Of a stretch of DNA of 64,000 nt, positions 40,430 to 52,882 are shown piece by piece. The stretch's first letter is position 1. Every line of letters begins with the position of its first letter. A program made the translations under genes and the position numbers. The DNA is from Eledone cirrhosa (lineage: Eukaryota), in NCBI GenBank assembly GCA_964016885.1, contig OZ024742.1, positions 225,618,001-225,682,000 of the forward strand, in the 5' to 3' direction. The notes beneath the pieces were generated by a model that made no database searches, had not been told where the DNA came from, and was given only the letters and a program-made list of their open reading frames with translations.

Positions 40430-41317
40430 CAGGGTGCGGACGATATTTGTTCGCAAGATTACTGTCTAGGAAAAAATAACATAGTAGTTTTATTTTTTAA
40501 GATTTATTTATCAAACTTGGGCCAGTTTGTCTTCATGACTTGTTCTTTCGATCTCACTCGATAAACCCGCCATTGGCTTTGATGACGGCCTCAAGGCGGC
40601 CTCAGAACCGGCTACAGGCCTTCATCACTGTCCCCCGACTTAGGCCCCTAAAGTCACTTGTGATCCTGGCCTTCAGATCGCCTTTCGTATTGCAGCTAGA
40701 TCTGTTGGTGTCTCGTTCCACTGCGCCCCACACAAAGAAGTCGAGGGGGTTGCAGTCAGGCGAGCTGGGAGGCCAGATGTCAGGTGTAGTGTGGTCGACG
40801 AAGTTCTCTGACAACCAGGCTTGGGTCTTTTGGCTGGTATGGCAGGGCGCTGAGTCTTGCTGCCACATGTACGGCCTACCTGCAGCTACCTGGTCGATCC
40901 AGGGCTTTACTACCTCGCTCAGAACGCGGATGTAGCCATCGGTGTTCAGCTTGAGGCCCTCAGGGAAGAAGTGAGGTGGCATGGCGTCACCTTGACTGCT
41001 GACGACACCTAAGACCAATGTTGTCGCTAGAAACTTTGTCTGCATGACTCTGGGCACGTCTTTGGATGAGACAGCGAACCACCTGTTGTTCTGGGAGTTG
41101 ATCTTCTGGTCTTATTTGTCCTCTCGGCGCGGATTCCAAGAACTTTGTGTCTCTTCCACAAATTTGGAGGTTCAAAATTATTCATAATCAATTATTCTGA
41201 AAATAAATAATGGAAATATAGTCACTGTTTTTATGAAAACAAGAGTGATAACGGAAGTAAAATAATTTGCATAAAATTAGCAGTTGAAAATTGCGAACAA
41301 ATATTGTCTGCACCCTG
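40430..41317 (-). mobile_element. Tc1/mariner DD37D (maT) element, internally deleted
   Basis: TIR CAGGGTGC(G/A)GAC(G/A)ATATTTGTTCGCAA, TA TSD; QQDSAPCH...WPPSSPDCNPLD with 37 residues between the catalytic Asp residues. Confidence 0.92.
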
Positions 41318-41388
41318 TATAAACCTGGACTGCTCATTTATAATAAATTGACTATTTATTTATATATATCTATAAATGTATTTTTCAG

Positions 41389-41515
41389 TTACACCCCATC
41401 AATACTTGTCCTTTACCTGTTAGCTTGTGTTTCTTCCATCGACTCATCCAAGCGCTACAATATTACTGGGACTTTTATGCTCAAGAAGACTCACTGAAAT
41501 ATTTACCAAGTTCAG
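41389..41515 (+). CDS. RNF123: RNF123 exon 16 (LHPINTCP...CFFHRLIQALQYYWD)
   Basis: AG/GT boundaries, phase 0-1. Confidence 0.92.
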
Positions 41516-41769
41516 GTATCAATTGAATTTTTCTTTTTCTTTTAACTACATTAATCCTTTTTGTTGTCATATCTATAATGAAGACTATTAATTTTGAAAA
41601 TAATCAAGAATTTGGAGGGATTTAGTAATATAACTAACTTTCTCACTATTAAGTTGGTGTAAGAGCAAAGATTCTAAAATTATGATGAATTGTTTTTCAA
41701 TAGATATAAGCAATACAGAAGACTCATCTTCCCACATGAGCAGGGTGAAAAACAAACAGAGAGGTGTAA

Positions 41770-42700
41770 CGACCTTTTCAATCACCTATAACTCTTACCC
41801 CCTCAGTATCTCCCACCTCCAACTTCAATGCACTTGTTGTAGCACTCCAGCCACTTCTGGAAGGCCTCCCTCCTGTAGTCCTCCAAAGTGAAGATGTCCA
41901 GGGTGCTTGTCACAGCCTCCTTCATCTCTTCCACATCCTCAAAGCAGATACCCCTGAGCTTTTCTCTCAACTTCGGGAACATCCAGAAGTCACATGGAGC
42001 CAAGTCTGGACTGTAGGGAGGATGAGGAACAGTCTTTATCCCCATATTGGCCAAGTAGTTGGTCACCAGGATGGATTGTGGCAGAGGGCATTGTCCTGGT
42101 GCTGGTGTCACTGACCAGACTTGAAGGGATCTGGTCTCTTGTGACAAAATCTCTTTCTGAACTGCCTCATAACCTCTACATAGTACTCTTTGTTGACTGT
42201 CTACAATGGGGGGACCCAGTGGATGTAGATGATGCCCTTGCTTTCGAAGAATGAGATCATCATGAGTTTCCCAGTAAATCTGTTTTGCCTAGCCTTCTTG
42301 GGTCTTGGGGACTCTGCCTCTTGGTCTCTGGATCATAACAGTAGATCCAGCTCTCGTCACAGGTTACCTCAGACTCAAGGACTCTTGGATTCAAAGCAAT
42401 CCACTTGACCATCCTCCTGCTATCATCAATGCGCCTCTGCCTTTGATCTTCATTGAGCACCCTAGGAAAAAAGTTTGTGTATGTTCAGATCTTCAGGAAT
42501 GACACTGTGCACAGTGCCCTCAGCCATTTCAAATTATTTAGCAATCTTCAGAAGAGATGCATGACAGTCCTCGTCCAGAAATTTGCGAATTTTCTTGACC
42601 AACTATGGCTTCCTGATGTCCCTCTCCCTGCCACACCTCTTGTCGTCTCTCACCTGCTCCCTGCTCTCCAGGAACCTCTTGTGCCAGCAGAAAAATGTTG
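41770..42700 (-). mobile_element. Degenerate mariner (DD34D-type) transposase remnant
   Basis: VTCDESWIYCYDPE and HPPYSPDLAPCDFWMF motifs lie in different frames. Confidence 0.85.
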
Positions 42701-42893
42701 ATTTCAATGATTATAATTGATGTTATCACCATTTTTATGTTAACTTTTCCATCCCGGCATAGGTTGGACAGGATTTTTTGAGGCAATGTTTTACAGCTAG
42801 ATACCCTTCCTGACACCAACTGTTTTAGTTACCTCTTAAAGATACAGTGTATTTATTGTAAACCAAATATGTCAATAATTAATTATTTTACAG

Positions 42894-42995
42894 AAGCTTA
42901 CATGCCAATAAGTGAATTCAAGAAACCTGGCCGTGATAACCTAGATTTTCAAAGATGTGGTGGATTGCTTTCTCATTTACAACGAACATTATCTG
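42894..42995 (+). CDS. RNF123: RNF123 exon 17 (AYMP...QRCGGLLSHLQRTLS)
   Basis: AG/GT boundaries; GGLLSHL motif. Confidence 0.92.
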
Positions 42996-43183
42996 GTGAG
43001 TCTTTGTGTTTGTTTTGTTTTCTTTCATCATCATTTTATATCCACTTTCCATGCTGGTATAGATTGGGTGGGCTGTTATAGTCTGAGATCAGATGCGTCA
43101 CAGCAAACTCTATCTTGCTCATACATTCCATCAATGGCATGGTTTCTATGGTTAGATGCCCTTTCTAATGCCAAACATCTTAA

Positions 43184-43406
43184 CCCTTTAGCATTTAAAC
43201 TGACTGTATCCGGCAAGAATTCTCTCACCTCTTTCTGTTCAAACTGGCCATAACTGGCCACTCATACTGACGTTAAGGTATTGTTCTCAAAATAAATAAC
43301 ATCAAAATCTCCTTGATTCGATATTATGTGAGATAATTATGTAAGATAGAGCCTTTACCACAAAAATGCAATAGTATATATATAGAGTAATATAAATTCT
43401 AAAGGG
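43184..43406. mobile_element. piggyBac-like MITE copy
   Basis: TTAA flanks; same TIR. Confidence 0.8.
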
Positions 43407-44489
43407 TTAAAGGATGTATTGTGTGCATTTTTTAATGGCACCACCACTAATTCTTTACAGAGTGTACAGGGTGCATTTCTTTTTAATACATTTAATTTGT
43501 TTTATAAACCTGTGTTTATGAATGTTATGAAGGGAAATGGAATGAGATGGCTGGGTTGTGTTGAGGAAGGATGAAAATGATTGGGGAAGAAGATGTTGGA
43601 AATGAATGTGGAAGGAAGTAGAAGTGGTAAACTAAGAAAGACAGGGTTAAAGATGATGGAGGAAGAAAAGAGAATTGGTGGATTGGTGAGTGGACATGTA
43701 GGTGATAGAATAAATGGCGTCACATAGATCATTCCTGCTTTAGTTTAACCCTTTTGATACTGAACTGCTTGAAATTACCTCTGGTTTATATGATTCAAAA
43801 TGTTTATTTTAAAGTGTATATATTTATTTTAAAATCTTTCATCATAATTTTATATAAAAGTCTTTGTTATCTCCAAATTCTGGATTATTTTCAAAATAAT
43901 TTGAAAATCATGGGCAATGTCTTTCATTAGTAATATGGTAAACTTCCATCATATTTTTAAACACTAGCATAATAATGAAAAATATAATAATAATAATAAT
44001 AATAATAATGAAATTATTGTGTAGAGTGCTCACTACAACTAATCAAAGGTCCATGTATAGTACATAGATTAATGTAAAAAGTTTAAAGCGTTTATATTTA
44101 TCTAAAAAATTCCATCATATTTTTAAACACCAGCATAATGATGAAAAATATGGTAATGAAAGTTTAAAGTGTTTTTATTTGTCTAAAAACTTCCAGTATA
44201 TTTTTTAAACACGCATAATAATGAAAAATATGATAATGAAAGTATTAAAACAGTTCTTGTTGTGTTGATGTAGATAAAGCCTTGTTTGAGAACAATAGCC
44301 TTATTGAACAATTGATTTCTATGACAGATCAATAGTGTCTATTAGTGGGTCACTACATGTCCAAGAGTAGAAGTGATAATAGCTGTTTTATTTTCCCTTT
44401 ACATCACCAGCTGTTGTCAAATGGATTCCATTTTACTGATTAAATTTTGTAATATCAAGTTATTTAGTTCAGATTTAGATCAATTTTGT

Positions 44490-44800
44490 TTTCACAGCTC
44501 ACACTTATGTAGGTTAAGCTTGTCTCTTATAAGGTCATTTCACATAAGAGGCTTCTTTGGTATTTTAATGATTGGGCCTCAGTCCTATCATGTTGTTGTT
44601 ACAGCTCACACCTATGTAGGTTTAGCTGGCCTGCTATAAGGTCACATTTCAGTGGTGGTTTCTTTGGTGTTTTAATGATGGAGGCTCCAGTCCTATAATT
44701 TTGTTACCGCTCACACCTATGTAGGTTTAGCTGGTCTCCTATTAGGTTGCATCTCATAGAAAATTTTTTGGACGTTTTAATGATAGGGACCCCTGTTCTG
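44490..44800. repeat. Diverged tandem repeat of about 105 bp (3 copies); inverted relatives near 56030-56230 and 61770-62075
   Basis: cagctcacacctatgtaggtttagctgg recurs. Confidence 0.75.
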
Positions 44801-45029
44801 TCATGTCACCATTTTCTCAGCGACAAATGAAGACACATAACTTAATGGTTACAATGGTGGTAGAATTAGCAGCCAAATCTCCCTCATATCACACACCCTA
44901 CTATCTTAAAACAAAGAAAGGATAAATTAGATATTGTATTTCAAGATACATTGTCTAAATAAATAATGGAGGAGAGGTGGTTAGTGTTGGAATGTCCACA
45001 AACCTACATGTTCTTTCTCCTTATTACAG

Positions 45030-45080
45030 ATACTGAAGGAAGCAAGACAAAGAAAGGTCATAAGTCAGATGGAAACTCGG
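45030..45080 (+). CDS. RNF123: Probable RNF123 exon 18 (DTEGSKTKKGHKSDGNS), symmetric phase 1-1
   Basis: Polypyrimidine tract plus cag, open frame, weak gtatta donor; lies in a poorly conserved linker. Confidence 0.6.
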
Positions 45081-46730
45081 GTATTACAGTTATTTTATCT
45101 ACAATATTATTATGCTTGTATGTAGGTTAAAAAGGTTATAAAGGAAGGATTAAAAAGAAAGAGAGAAAGTTTTGATGATAGGGTTAATAGTAATAGTGTG
45201 AGGAAGAAGAAAAAGAAGATTGTTGAAGGGAAGTGGATAGAAATGGTATGAGAGAGAAGAAAGAGAAGGCCATTTACTTACAGTATGTTACTGGCATAAT
45301 CACACACACAAACATGAAAACTGCAGCTGGTGGCGATGGTGGTTATGGTTAGGTGGGGATACTACAGACTTGTGGTTAGAATGTCTAAGGAAAGAATCTC
45401 TGTACAGATTTTTAATGAGCAAAACCAACCAACAAGGAATTCAGGAGTAGATACCAAGCAAGATATTTGAATAACATCCATGAACTCAGCTGGTTTTGCT
45501 TGGGGATCCAACCAGATTAATTGGAGACGGTTGCTTCTGACAGGACCTGCTGGAAGGTGTGCTTGAATACTCTGCTCCTACGACCCTCCCAGAAATAAGG
45601 GAGTGAAAAATAATAATAATTTTTTTTTTATATGTCAGCTATGTAACACTTGTGCTTTAACCCCTTCAGTGCCGTAGATGAGATAACTCGTCCTAACATG
45701 TATGCATTCCAGTGCCACGGATGAGATAACTCGTTTCCAACAGTTCATAACTTCATTTTACTGAAGAAAAAAAACTGGCACAGCAACTACAGCTGTGTAA
45801 AATATACGTGGTAGTCAACAGGTTAATGCTATTCACTATCATCTGCTAAACTGAACCTTTCACAAAGAACTAAGTTTCCAGTTAAATTAGTTTATTCGAT
45901 GACAATTTCCCTTACTTCACTATTTAGTTTTTTTTTTCTCCTTTTTTGTCTTTTTGTATTGCAACCATTAATCTTTAGCATGCTAGAAATTTTTATGAAT
46001 TGCTTCCCTTGACACTGCATTATGTATTAAGGGGGGATTACTCTATTGGTGGCATAAGGCACATAGAGCATGCCGAAGATTAAATAATCCAATTGAAATT
46101 TGTATGTTTTGTTCGATTAATAAAGCATGGAGTGAAAAAATTCAATAAGACATGGACTTACAGTGTTTAGTTATGTAAAAAATGTTGAAGGGAAGTAGAT
46201 AGTAATGGTATGAGGCAGAAAAAAGAAAAGGCCATTTACACACAGTATGTTACTGGGATAATCACACACACACACAAACATGATATACTTAGAACTACAG
46301 CTGGAGGCAGTGGTTAGGTGGTGATACTACAGAATGTGGTTAGAATGTCTAAAAGAACCATTTGGTAGGAGACCCAGGAGTAGATCCTGAACAAGATGGT
46401 TGGATAACATCCATACGAGCTGGAATGACTCTTCCAGCGTGTCTCCTTTACCATCCTCCAGGGAAATGCCTTCTCTATTTTGTCCGCCAGGGCCGCGAGG
46501 TGGCTAGCGTGTGGGACCTCATTTGCTTATAATAGTGAGAGATGGGGAAGCAGGAGAGGTGGAGGAAACGACAGAGGGTGTTTGGTTCTTTTAGTTATGA
46601 TATAATTTTTAATATTTCTAAATAATGTTATGTTTGTACAAGTAATAACAGTGATGATTGCTTGTAGTTCTGTTATTGTTGTACAGGTAATGGCATTGGT
46701 TATTGTATTTCTATTGTTGTTGTTGTACAG

Positions 46731-46867
46731 GTAGTGGCAGTAGTGATTGTTTCGAGAGCAGTGTTGACCCTAGCTGTGGTGATATCCCTGGTGATGCAAC
46801 ATTAACAGAATTACTGGATGGTGTGGTCACTCTCTATCACATCGCAACACACAAACAACTTGGCAAG
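46731..46867 (+). CDS. RNF123: RNF123 exon 19 (SGSSDCF...ELLDGVVTLYHIATHKQLGK)
   Basis: AG/GT boundaries; LDG...H-QLGK motif. Confidence 0.9.
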
Positions 46868-47758
46868 GTCAGATTTATTTTTGAAAAAAATATTTCCCAA
46901 GATCATCATCATCATCATCAATGATGATGATGCTGATGATTGTCTTGATTGATTCTCAAATGGTCAATATTTAACCATTTTGTTACCATATTTCTAATGG
47001 AAAATACTTCAAAATTTTCAAAATGATCAAGGATTTGCAAGAATTTAGTAATATGATTAGCTTTCTCCTTATTAAGCTGGTGTTTGAAACTTAACAAAGG
47101 TTCTTACATAAAATCATGATTTTAAACAAATTTTATACACTTTAACCCTTTTGTTAACAATATTTCTAATGAAAAACATTGCTGATAATTTTCAAATCAA
47201 TTTTCAAATAATCAAAAATTTAATAAAATGTCTCACAGTATTTGTTATAGCTCTCTGTGTTCTGCATTCAACTCCCTCCGAGATCAGCTTTGCCTTTTTT
47301 TCCTTTTGGGGCTGATAAATTAAGTATCAGTTGAGGGTGGTGGATTAGGTGGTCACAACAAAAAGCACCCAGCCCACACTGTAACGTGGTCGTGCAGGAA
47401 TCACAACAAAAAGCACCCAGCACACTGTAAAGTGGTCGTGCAGGAGTCACAACAAAAAGCACCCAGCACACACTGTAAATGTGGTTGGTGTTAGGAAGGA
47501 TATCCAGCTGTAGAAATCTACCCACAAACAGTTCCATATGAGTAAGTCATGGCCACCTGACCCAACTTGCCTCAAATGGGACATCCTGTCTAACCCATGC
47601 TAGCATGAAAAATGGACGTTAAATGATGATGATTACTAAATCTCTCTAAATTCTTGATTATTTTCTAAGTTATATGGAAATCATAGACTGTTTTCATTAG
47701 AATTATTGTAACAAAAGGGTTAAAATAACAATATTTTCCTGTTTTTCTTTACATGCAT

Positions 47759-47970
47759 ATTATGAGACAATATGAATGAATTTATATGTTACACATTGTA
47801 TGTATATTTTAGATGAGTGCATTACGAGACAATATGAATGAATTTATATGTTACACATTGTATGTATATTTTAGATGAGTGCATTACGAGACAATATGAA
47901 TGAATTTATATGTTACACATTGTATGTATATTTTAGATGAGTGCATTACGAGACAATATGAATGAATTTA
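47759..47970 (+). repeat. 62-bp tandem repeat spanning the intron/exon 20 junction
   Basis: ttttagATGAGTGC with ATG at 47813, 47875 and 47937. Confidence 0.95.
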
Positions 47971-48020
47971 TCAATTCATTGATAGACACAGAAGAAAAGT
48001 TGGCAAAATGTCCAGATGAT
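47937..48020 (+). CDS. RNF123: RNF123 exon 20 (MSALRDNMNEFINSLIDTEEKLAKCPDD)
   Basis: Third of three tandem acceptors and the only in-frame one; gtaagt donor. Confidence 0.88.
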
Positions 48021-48184
48021 GTAAGTACATTCTGTTTCATCATCATTGTCATTCTCATCATTATAACCATCATCATCATTGTCATCACCACCACTATTGT
48101 TATCATCATCATCATCAACAACAACAATAACAACAACTGTATTCATAACGTAATCCTATCATAATGTCAATGTTGTTTTACCAG

Positions 48185-48292
48185 GCTCAGGAAATTAAAT
48201 ATGAACTAGAAAGAGCCAAGTCAGTATTTGAAGAGAAAATTTCAGAACTTGCACGACAGATGGCTTGGGTCATTGCTGTCATATACTCAAAG
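48185..48292 (+). CDS. RNF123: RNF123 exon 21 (AQEIKYEL...ARQMAWVIAVIYSK)
   Basis: AG/GT boundaries, 36 codons. Confidence 0.92.
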
Positions 48293-48862
48293 GTAAAATT
48301 ATTTTCTTTTTAACCTTTTCTTACCATATTTCTTATGAAAGATAGTCTCTGATTTTTAATAAATTTTAAAGTAATCAAAAATTTGAAAGGATTTAGTAAT
48401 ATAACTATCTTTTTCATCAGTATGTTGACGTTTGGAACATAATTTAACAACGGTTCTTAAATAGAATTATGTTGGATGGTTTTTAGATAATTATAAACCT
48501 TTTTGTTACAATATTTCTAATCAAAGACATTGCCTATGATTTTAAAATAATTTTGAAATTAATCAAGAATTTGGAGGGATTTACTAATATAATTAATTTT
48601 CTCATTCTTATGCTGGTGTTTTGAATATTACTAAAGAAAGTTGTTTTATATATAAAATTATGATGGAAAATGTTTAGACTTTAAACCTTTCTTTATATTT
48701 CTCATGAAAAACACTGCTTATAGTTTTCAAATGATCAGTAATTTGGAGGGATTTAGTAATATAACTAACTTTCTCATTATTTAGTTGGTGTTTAGAGCAT
48801 AACTTATCAAAGATTCTTACATTTATCTAATCATTTCCATTTATATCTAAACACTATTACAG

Positions 48863-49040
48863 GTGAAACAAATTGATGTTGCCTGGATATTTCGAGTGGT
48901 TCTAAAAACTATAGAAAAAGCCTCTGCCCATGAAATACCGTTCCAATTCCTACCAGAGTTTTATGTAGACACCTGTATTAATACATACAATGCACTGAAA
49001 AACTATTTCCATCCAACTGCAAATTTCTTTGATATTCCAG
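48863..49040 (+). CDS. RNF123: RNF123 exon 22 (VKQIDVAW...FLPEFY...ALKNYF)
   Basis: AG/GT boundaries; F-PEFY motif. Confidence 0.93.
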
Positions 49041-49097
49041 GTAATACTTTTTTTTTCTGATTTTTAAAATATATATATTCATGTACCTTTCATATAT

Positions 49098-49490
49098 ATC
49101 ATCATCATCATCATCATTTTACGTCCGCTTTTCCCTGCTTGCAAGGGTGGGATGGGAACTGATTCTGGCTTGATTTCTACAGCTGGATGCCCTTCCTAAC
49201 ACCAACCTCATTTACAGTGAGTGCTGGGTGCTTTTTTGCCGTGGCACCTCCACGTCCACTTTACAGTGTGGGCTGGGTGCTTTTTTTGCCATGGCACCTC
49301 CACGACCACTTTGCAGTGGAATGCTAGGGACCCCAGTCCTTATCATCTCATTTCTACAGCTGAGTAAACTGGAGCAATGTGAAATAAAGTGTCTTGCTCA
49401 AGGAAACAACACATCACCTGGTCTGAGAATTGAACTCACAACCTTTCGATTGCAAGGCCAATGCTCTAACCACTAAGCCATGTGCCTCCA
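49098..49490 (-). mobile_element. tRNA-derived SINE with RTE-like 3' tail
   Basis: As 29618..29941; ends in (GAT)n. Confidence 0.85.
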
Positions 49491-49532
49491 TATAAATATA
49501 TATATATATACACACACACATTATATATATAT

Positions 49533-50157
49533 ATCATCATCATCATCATCATCATCACCGTTTTACGTCCGTTCTTCCACGCTAGCATGGGTTAGACAGG
49601 TTGTCCTGTTGTCGGCAGTGTCTGGTCGGCTGACCATGCCTTGCTCATACAGGAACTGATTTGGCTTGATTTCTACAGCTGGATGCCCTTCCTAACACCA
49701 ACCTCATTTACAGTGAGTGCTGAGTGCTTTTTCGTGGCGCCTACATGTCCACTTTACAGTGTGGGCTGGGTGCTTTATTGCCGTGGCACCTCCACGACCA
49801 CCTTGCAGTGGCGGGTGTGGGGGCATATTGTCTATATGCTTCAGCTTGTACCCATGGGAGGTCGGGTACTCTGTATTACTGCGTGACGCCAAAGGTCACG
49901 GTCGTGTGTCATCGCCTTTGAGAGGTGTAATTGGGTAAGGTCGGCTTTTATCACCTCATCCCAGGTCATCTTGGGTCTCCTCACTCCGCGGTTTCCATCG
50001 ACTTCTAGTGCTCTGCACCTTTTTATGCAGCTGTCATCCTTCATACGCATCATATGTCCATACCAACGCAACCGCCTCTCCTGCACACAGCATTTGATTC
50101 CTCTTATGCTCAGTCTCTCAATTCATTTATGCTTTGTCGTTCGTGTATATTACTATT

Positions 50158-50160
<3 letters not shown>
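49533..50160 (-). mobile_element. 5'-truncated RTE LINE (ORF end plus 3' UTR)
   Basis: RRLRWYGHMMRM...RPKMTW; (GAT)n tail. Confidence 0.88.
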
Positions 50161-50226
<66 letters not shown>

Positions 50227-50254
50227 CACACATACATACACACATATATATGTA

Positions 50255-51575
50255 TATGATCTAACACTCATAGCTGAATCGATGGATGAACTAGAGAAGA
50301 AATTCCAAACATGGAAGCATGGCCTAGAATGAAAAGGCCTTAAAGTTAACTTGTCTAAGACTAAAGTTCTAGTATGTAGGAAGGAAAATAGAGCACAGGT
50401 GCCCCCTGGGAAATGGCCATGCTCAGTGTGTAGGAAAGGAGTAGGCAGAAATTCCATTTTATGTCCCAAATGCAAAGTATGGGTGCATAAAATATGTAGT
50501 GGGATTACAGGTAAACTATCTAAGAACGTAGATTTTATATGTGGCTGGTGCTCAGGTGCAATAAGTAGCAAGTGCCCACAGGATACTAGCTCCTTCTATT
50601 GCCCAGATGGCTCTATAGAAATAGTGGACACCTTCCGTTACCTGGGTGACAAAATCAGCAGTGGGGGAGGGTGCTCTGAAAGTACAGTAGCCAGAGTCAG
50701 AACGGGATAGAAAAAGTTCAGAGAGCTTATACCACTATTGGTCACTAAAGGTTTCTCTCTAAAAATGAAAGGCAGACTGTATGATGCCTACATACGAACA
50801 GCAATGTTACATGGCAGTGAGACATGGGCAGTGTGTGCAGAGGACCTGTGCAGACTGGAGAGGAATGAAGCATGCATGCTCCATTGGATGTGTAATAGTA
50901 ATATACGTGAACTGCAAAGCATAAATGAACTAAGTGAGAAATTAGGTATAAGAGGGATCAGATGCTATTTACTTGAGAGAAGACTGCGTTGGTATGATAC
51001 GCATGAAAGACGATAGCTGTATAAAAAAGTGCAGGGCGATCAAAATTGATGGAATCTACAGAGTAGGCAGATTCAGAAAAACCTGGGACGATTTGATAAA
51101 TTCCGACCTTACACAATTACACCTCTCTAAGACAATGTCACTGGACCGAGATCTTTGGTGCCACGCAGTAATACAGAAAACCTGCCTTGCCTAAGTACAA
51201 AGCGAAACCTACAGTCAGTAGGCACCTCTTAATCAAATATACACCCAAACTCCCCCACTCCACCCCATCAACACTACCCCTTTCTCTGTAAAGTTATGTT
51301 GGTACCACAACATCCAGTCCTAAATAAATGAGGTCATGTAGGTGTCACGACAAAAAACACACAGTCCACGCTGTAATGTGGCCATGTAGGTAACACTGTA
51401 AAAACCTCCCAGTCCACACTGTAAACGTGGTTGGTGTTAGGAAGGGCATCCAGCCGTAGAAAACCTGCCAGACAGTCCTATATGAGCGAGATGACCAATG
51501 TTGCATCAAGTGGGACAATTCCCGTCTAAACCCATGCTAGCGTGGAAGATAGACGTTAAACGATGATGATGATGA
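50255..51575 (+). mobile_element. 5'-truncated RTE LINE (RT C-terminus plus 3' UTR)
   Basis: FRYLGD, MLHGSETW and RRLRWY motifs; (GAT)n tail. Confidence 0.9.
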
Positions 51576-51580
51576 TATAT

Positions 51581-51918
51581 ATCATCATTATCATCACCAT
51601 CATTTTACGTCCGCTTTTCCCTGCTTGCAAGGGTGGGACGGGAACTGATTCTGGCTTGACTTCTACAGCTGGATGCCCTTCCTAACACCAACCTCATTTA
51701 CAGTGAGTGCTGGGTGCTTTTTTGCCGTGGCACCTCTACGACCATTTTGCAGTGGAATGATATGGACCCCAGTCCCTATCATCTACAGCTGAGTAAACTG
51801 GAGCAATGTGAAATAAAGTGTCTTGCTCAAGGAAACAACACATCACCCGGTCTGAGAATTGAACTCACAACCTTTCGATTGCAAGGCCAATGCTCTAACC
51901 ACTAAGCCATGTGCCTCC
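51581..51918 (-). mobile_element. tRNA-derived SINE with RTE-like 3' tail
   Basis: Third near-identical copy. Confidence 0.85.
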
Positions 51919-51940
51919 ATTATATATATACATATATATT

Positions 51941-52086
<146 letters not shown>

Positions 52087-52095
52087 TATATATAC

Positions 52096-52137
<42 letters not shown>

Positions 52138-52145
52138 ATACATAT

Positions 52146-52882
52146 ATCATCATCCTCATCATCATCATCATCATCAGGTTTAGCGTCCGTGTTCCACGCT
52201 TGCATGGGTTTGGACGGGGGTTTTCCCACTTGAGGCAAGAGTGGTTGTCTTGCCTGCATAGGACTGTCTGGCGGGTTTTCTACAGTTGGATGCCCTTCCT
52301 AACACCAACCACATTTACAGTGTGGGGCTGGGAGGTTTTTACCGTGTTGCCTACACGGCCACATTACAGCGTGGACTGTCTGGCGGGTTTTCTACAGCTG
52401 GATGCCCTTCCTAACACCAACCACATTTACAGTGTGGGGCTGGGAGGTTTTTACCGTGTTGCCTACACGGCCACATTTACAGCGTGGACTGTGTGTTTTT
52501 TGTCGTGACACCTACACGATCTCATTTGTTTCGGCCTGGATGTTGTGGGACCAACATAACTTTACATTGAAAGGGGCGGTGTGGGTGGGGTGGAGGTGGT
52601 GGGACGGGGGTGTGTTTTGATAGAGATGCCTACTGACTGTAGTAGGTTTTTACTTTGTATTTAGGTAAGGCGGGTCTTCTCTATTACTGAGTACCGCCAA
52701 AGGTCTCGGTCCAGTGACATTGTCTTGGAGAGGTGTAAGCGTGTGAGGTCGGAATTTATCAGCTCGTCCCATGTTTTTCTGGGTCTGCCTACTCCGTGGC
52801 TACCGTCTATCTTTATTGCCCTGCACTTTGTTATACAGCTGTCGTCTTTCATGCGCATCACGTGACCGTACCAACGTAGCCT

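Noticed and set aside
46440-46560. Possible HDV-like or twister ribozyme (GCC-ACCUCGC-GGC on the minus strand)
   Set aside because: A P3/L3-like hairpin is present, but I could not build P1, P2 or P4 by eye.
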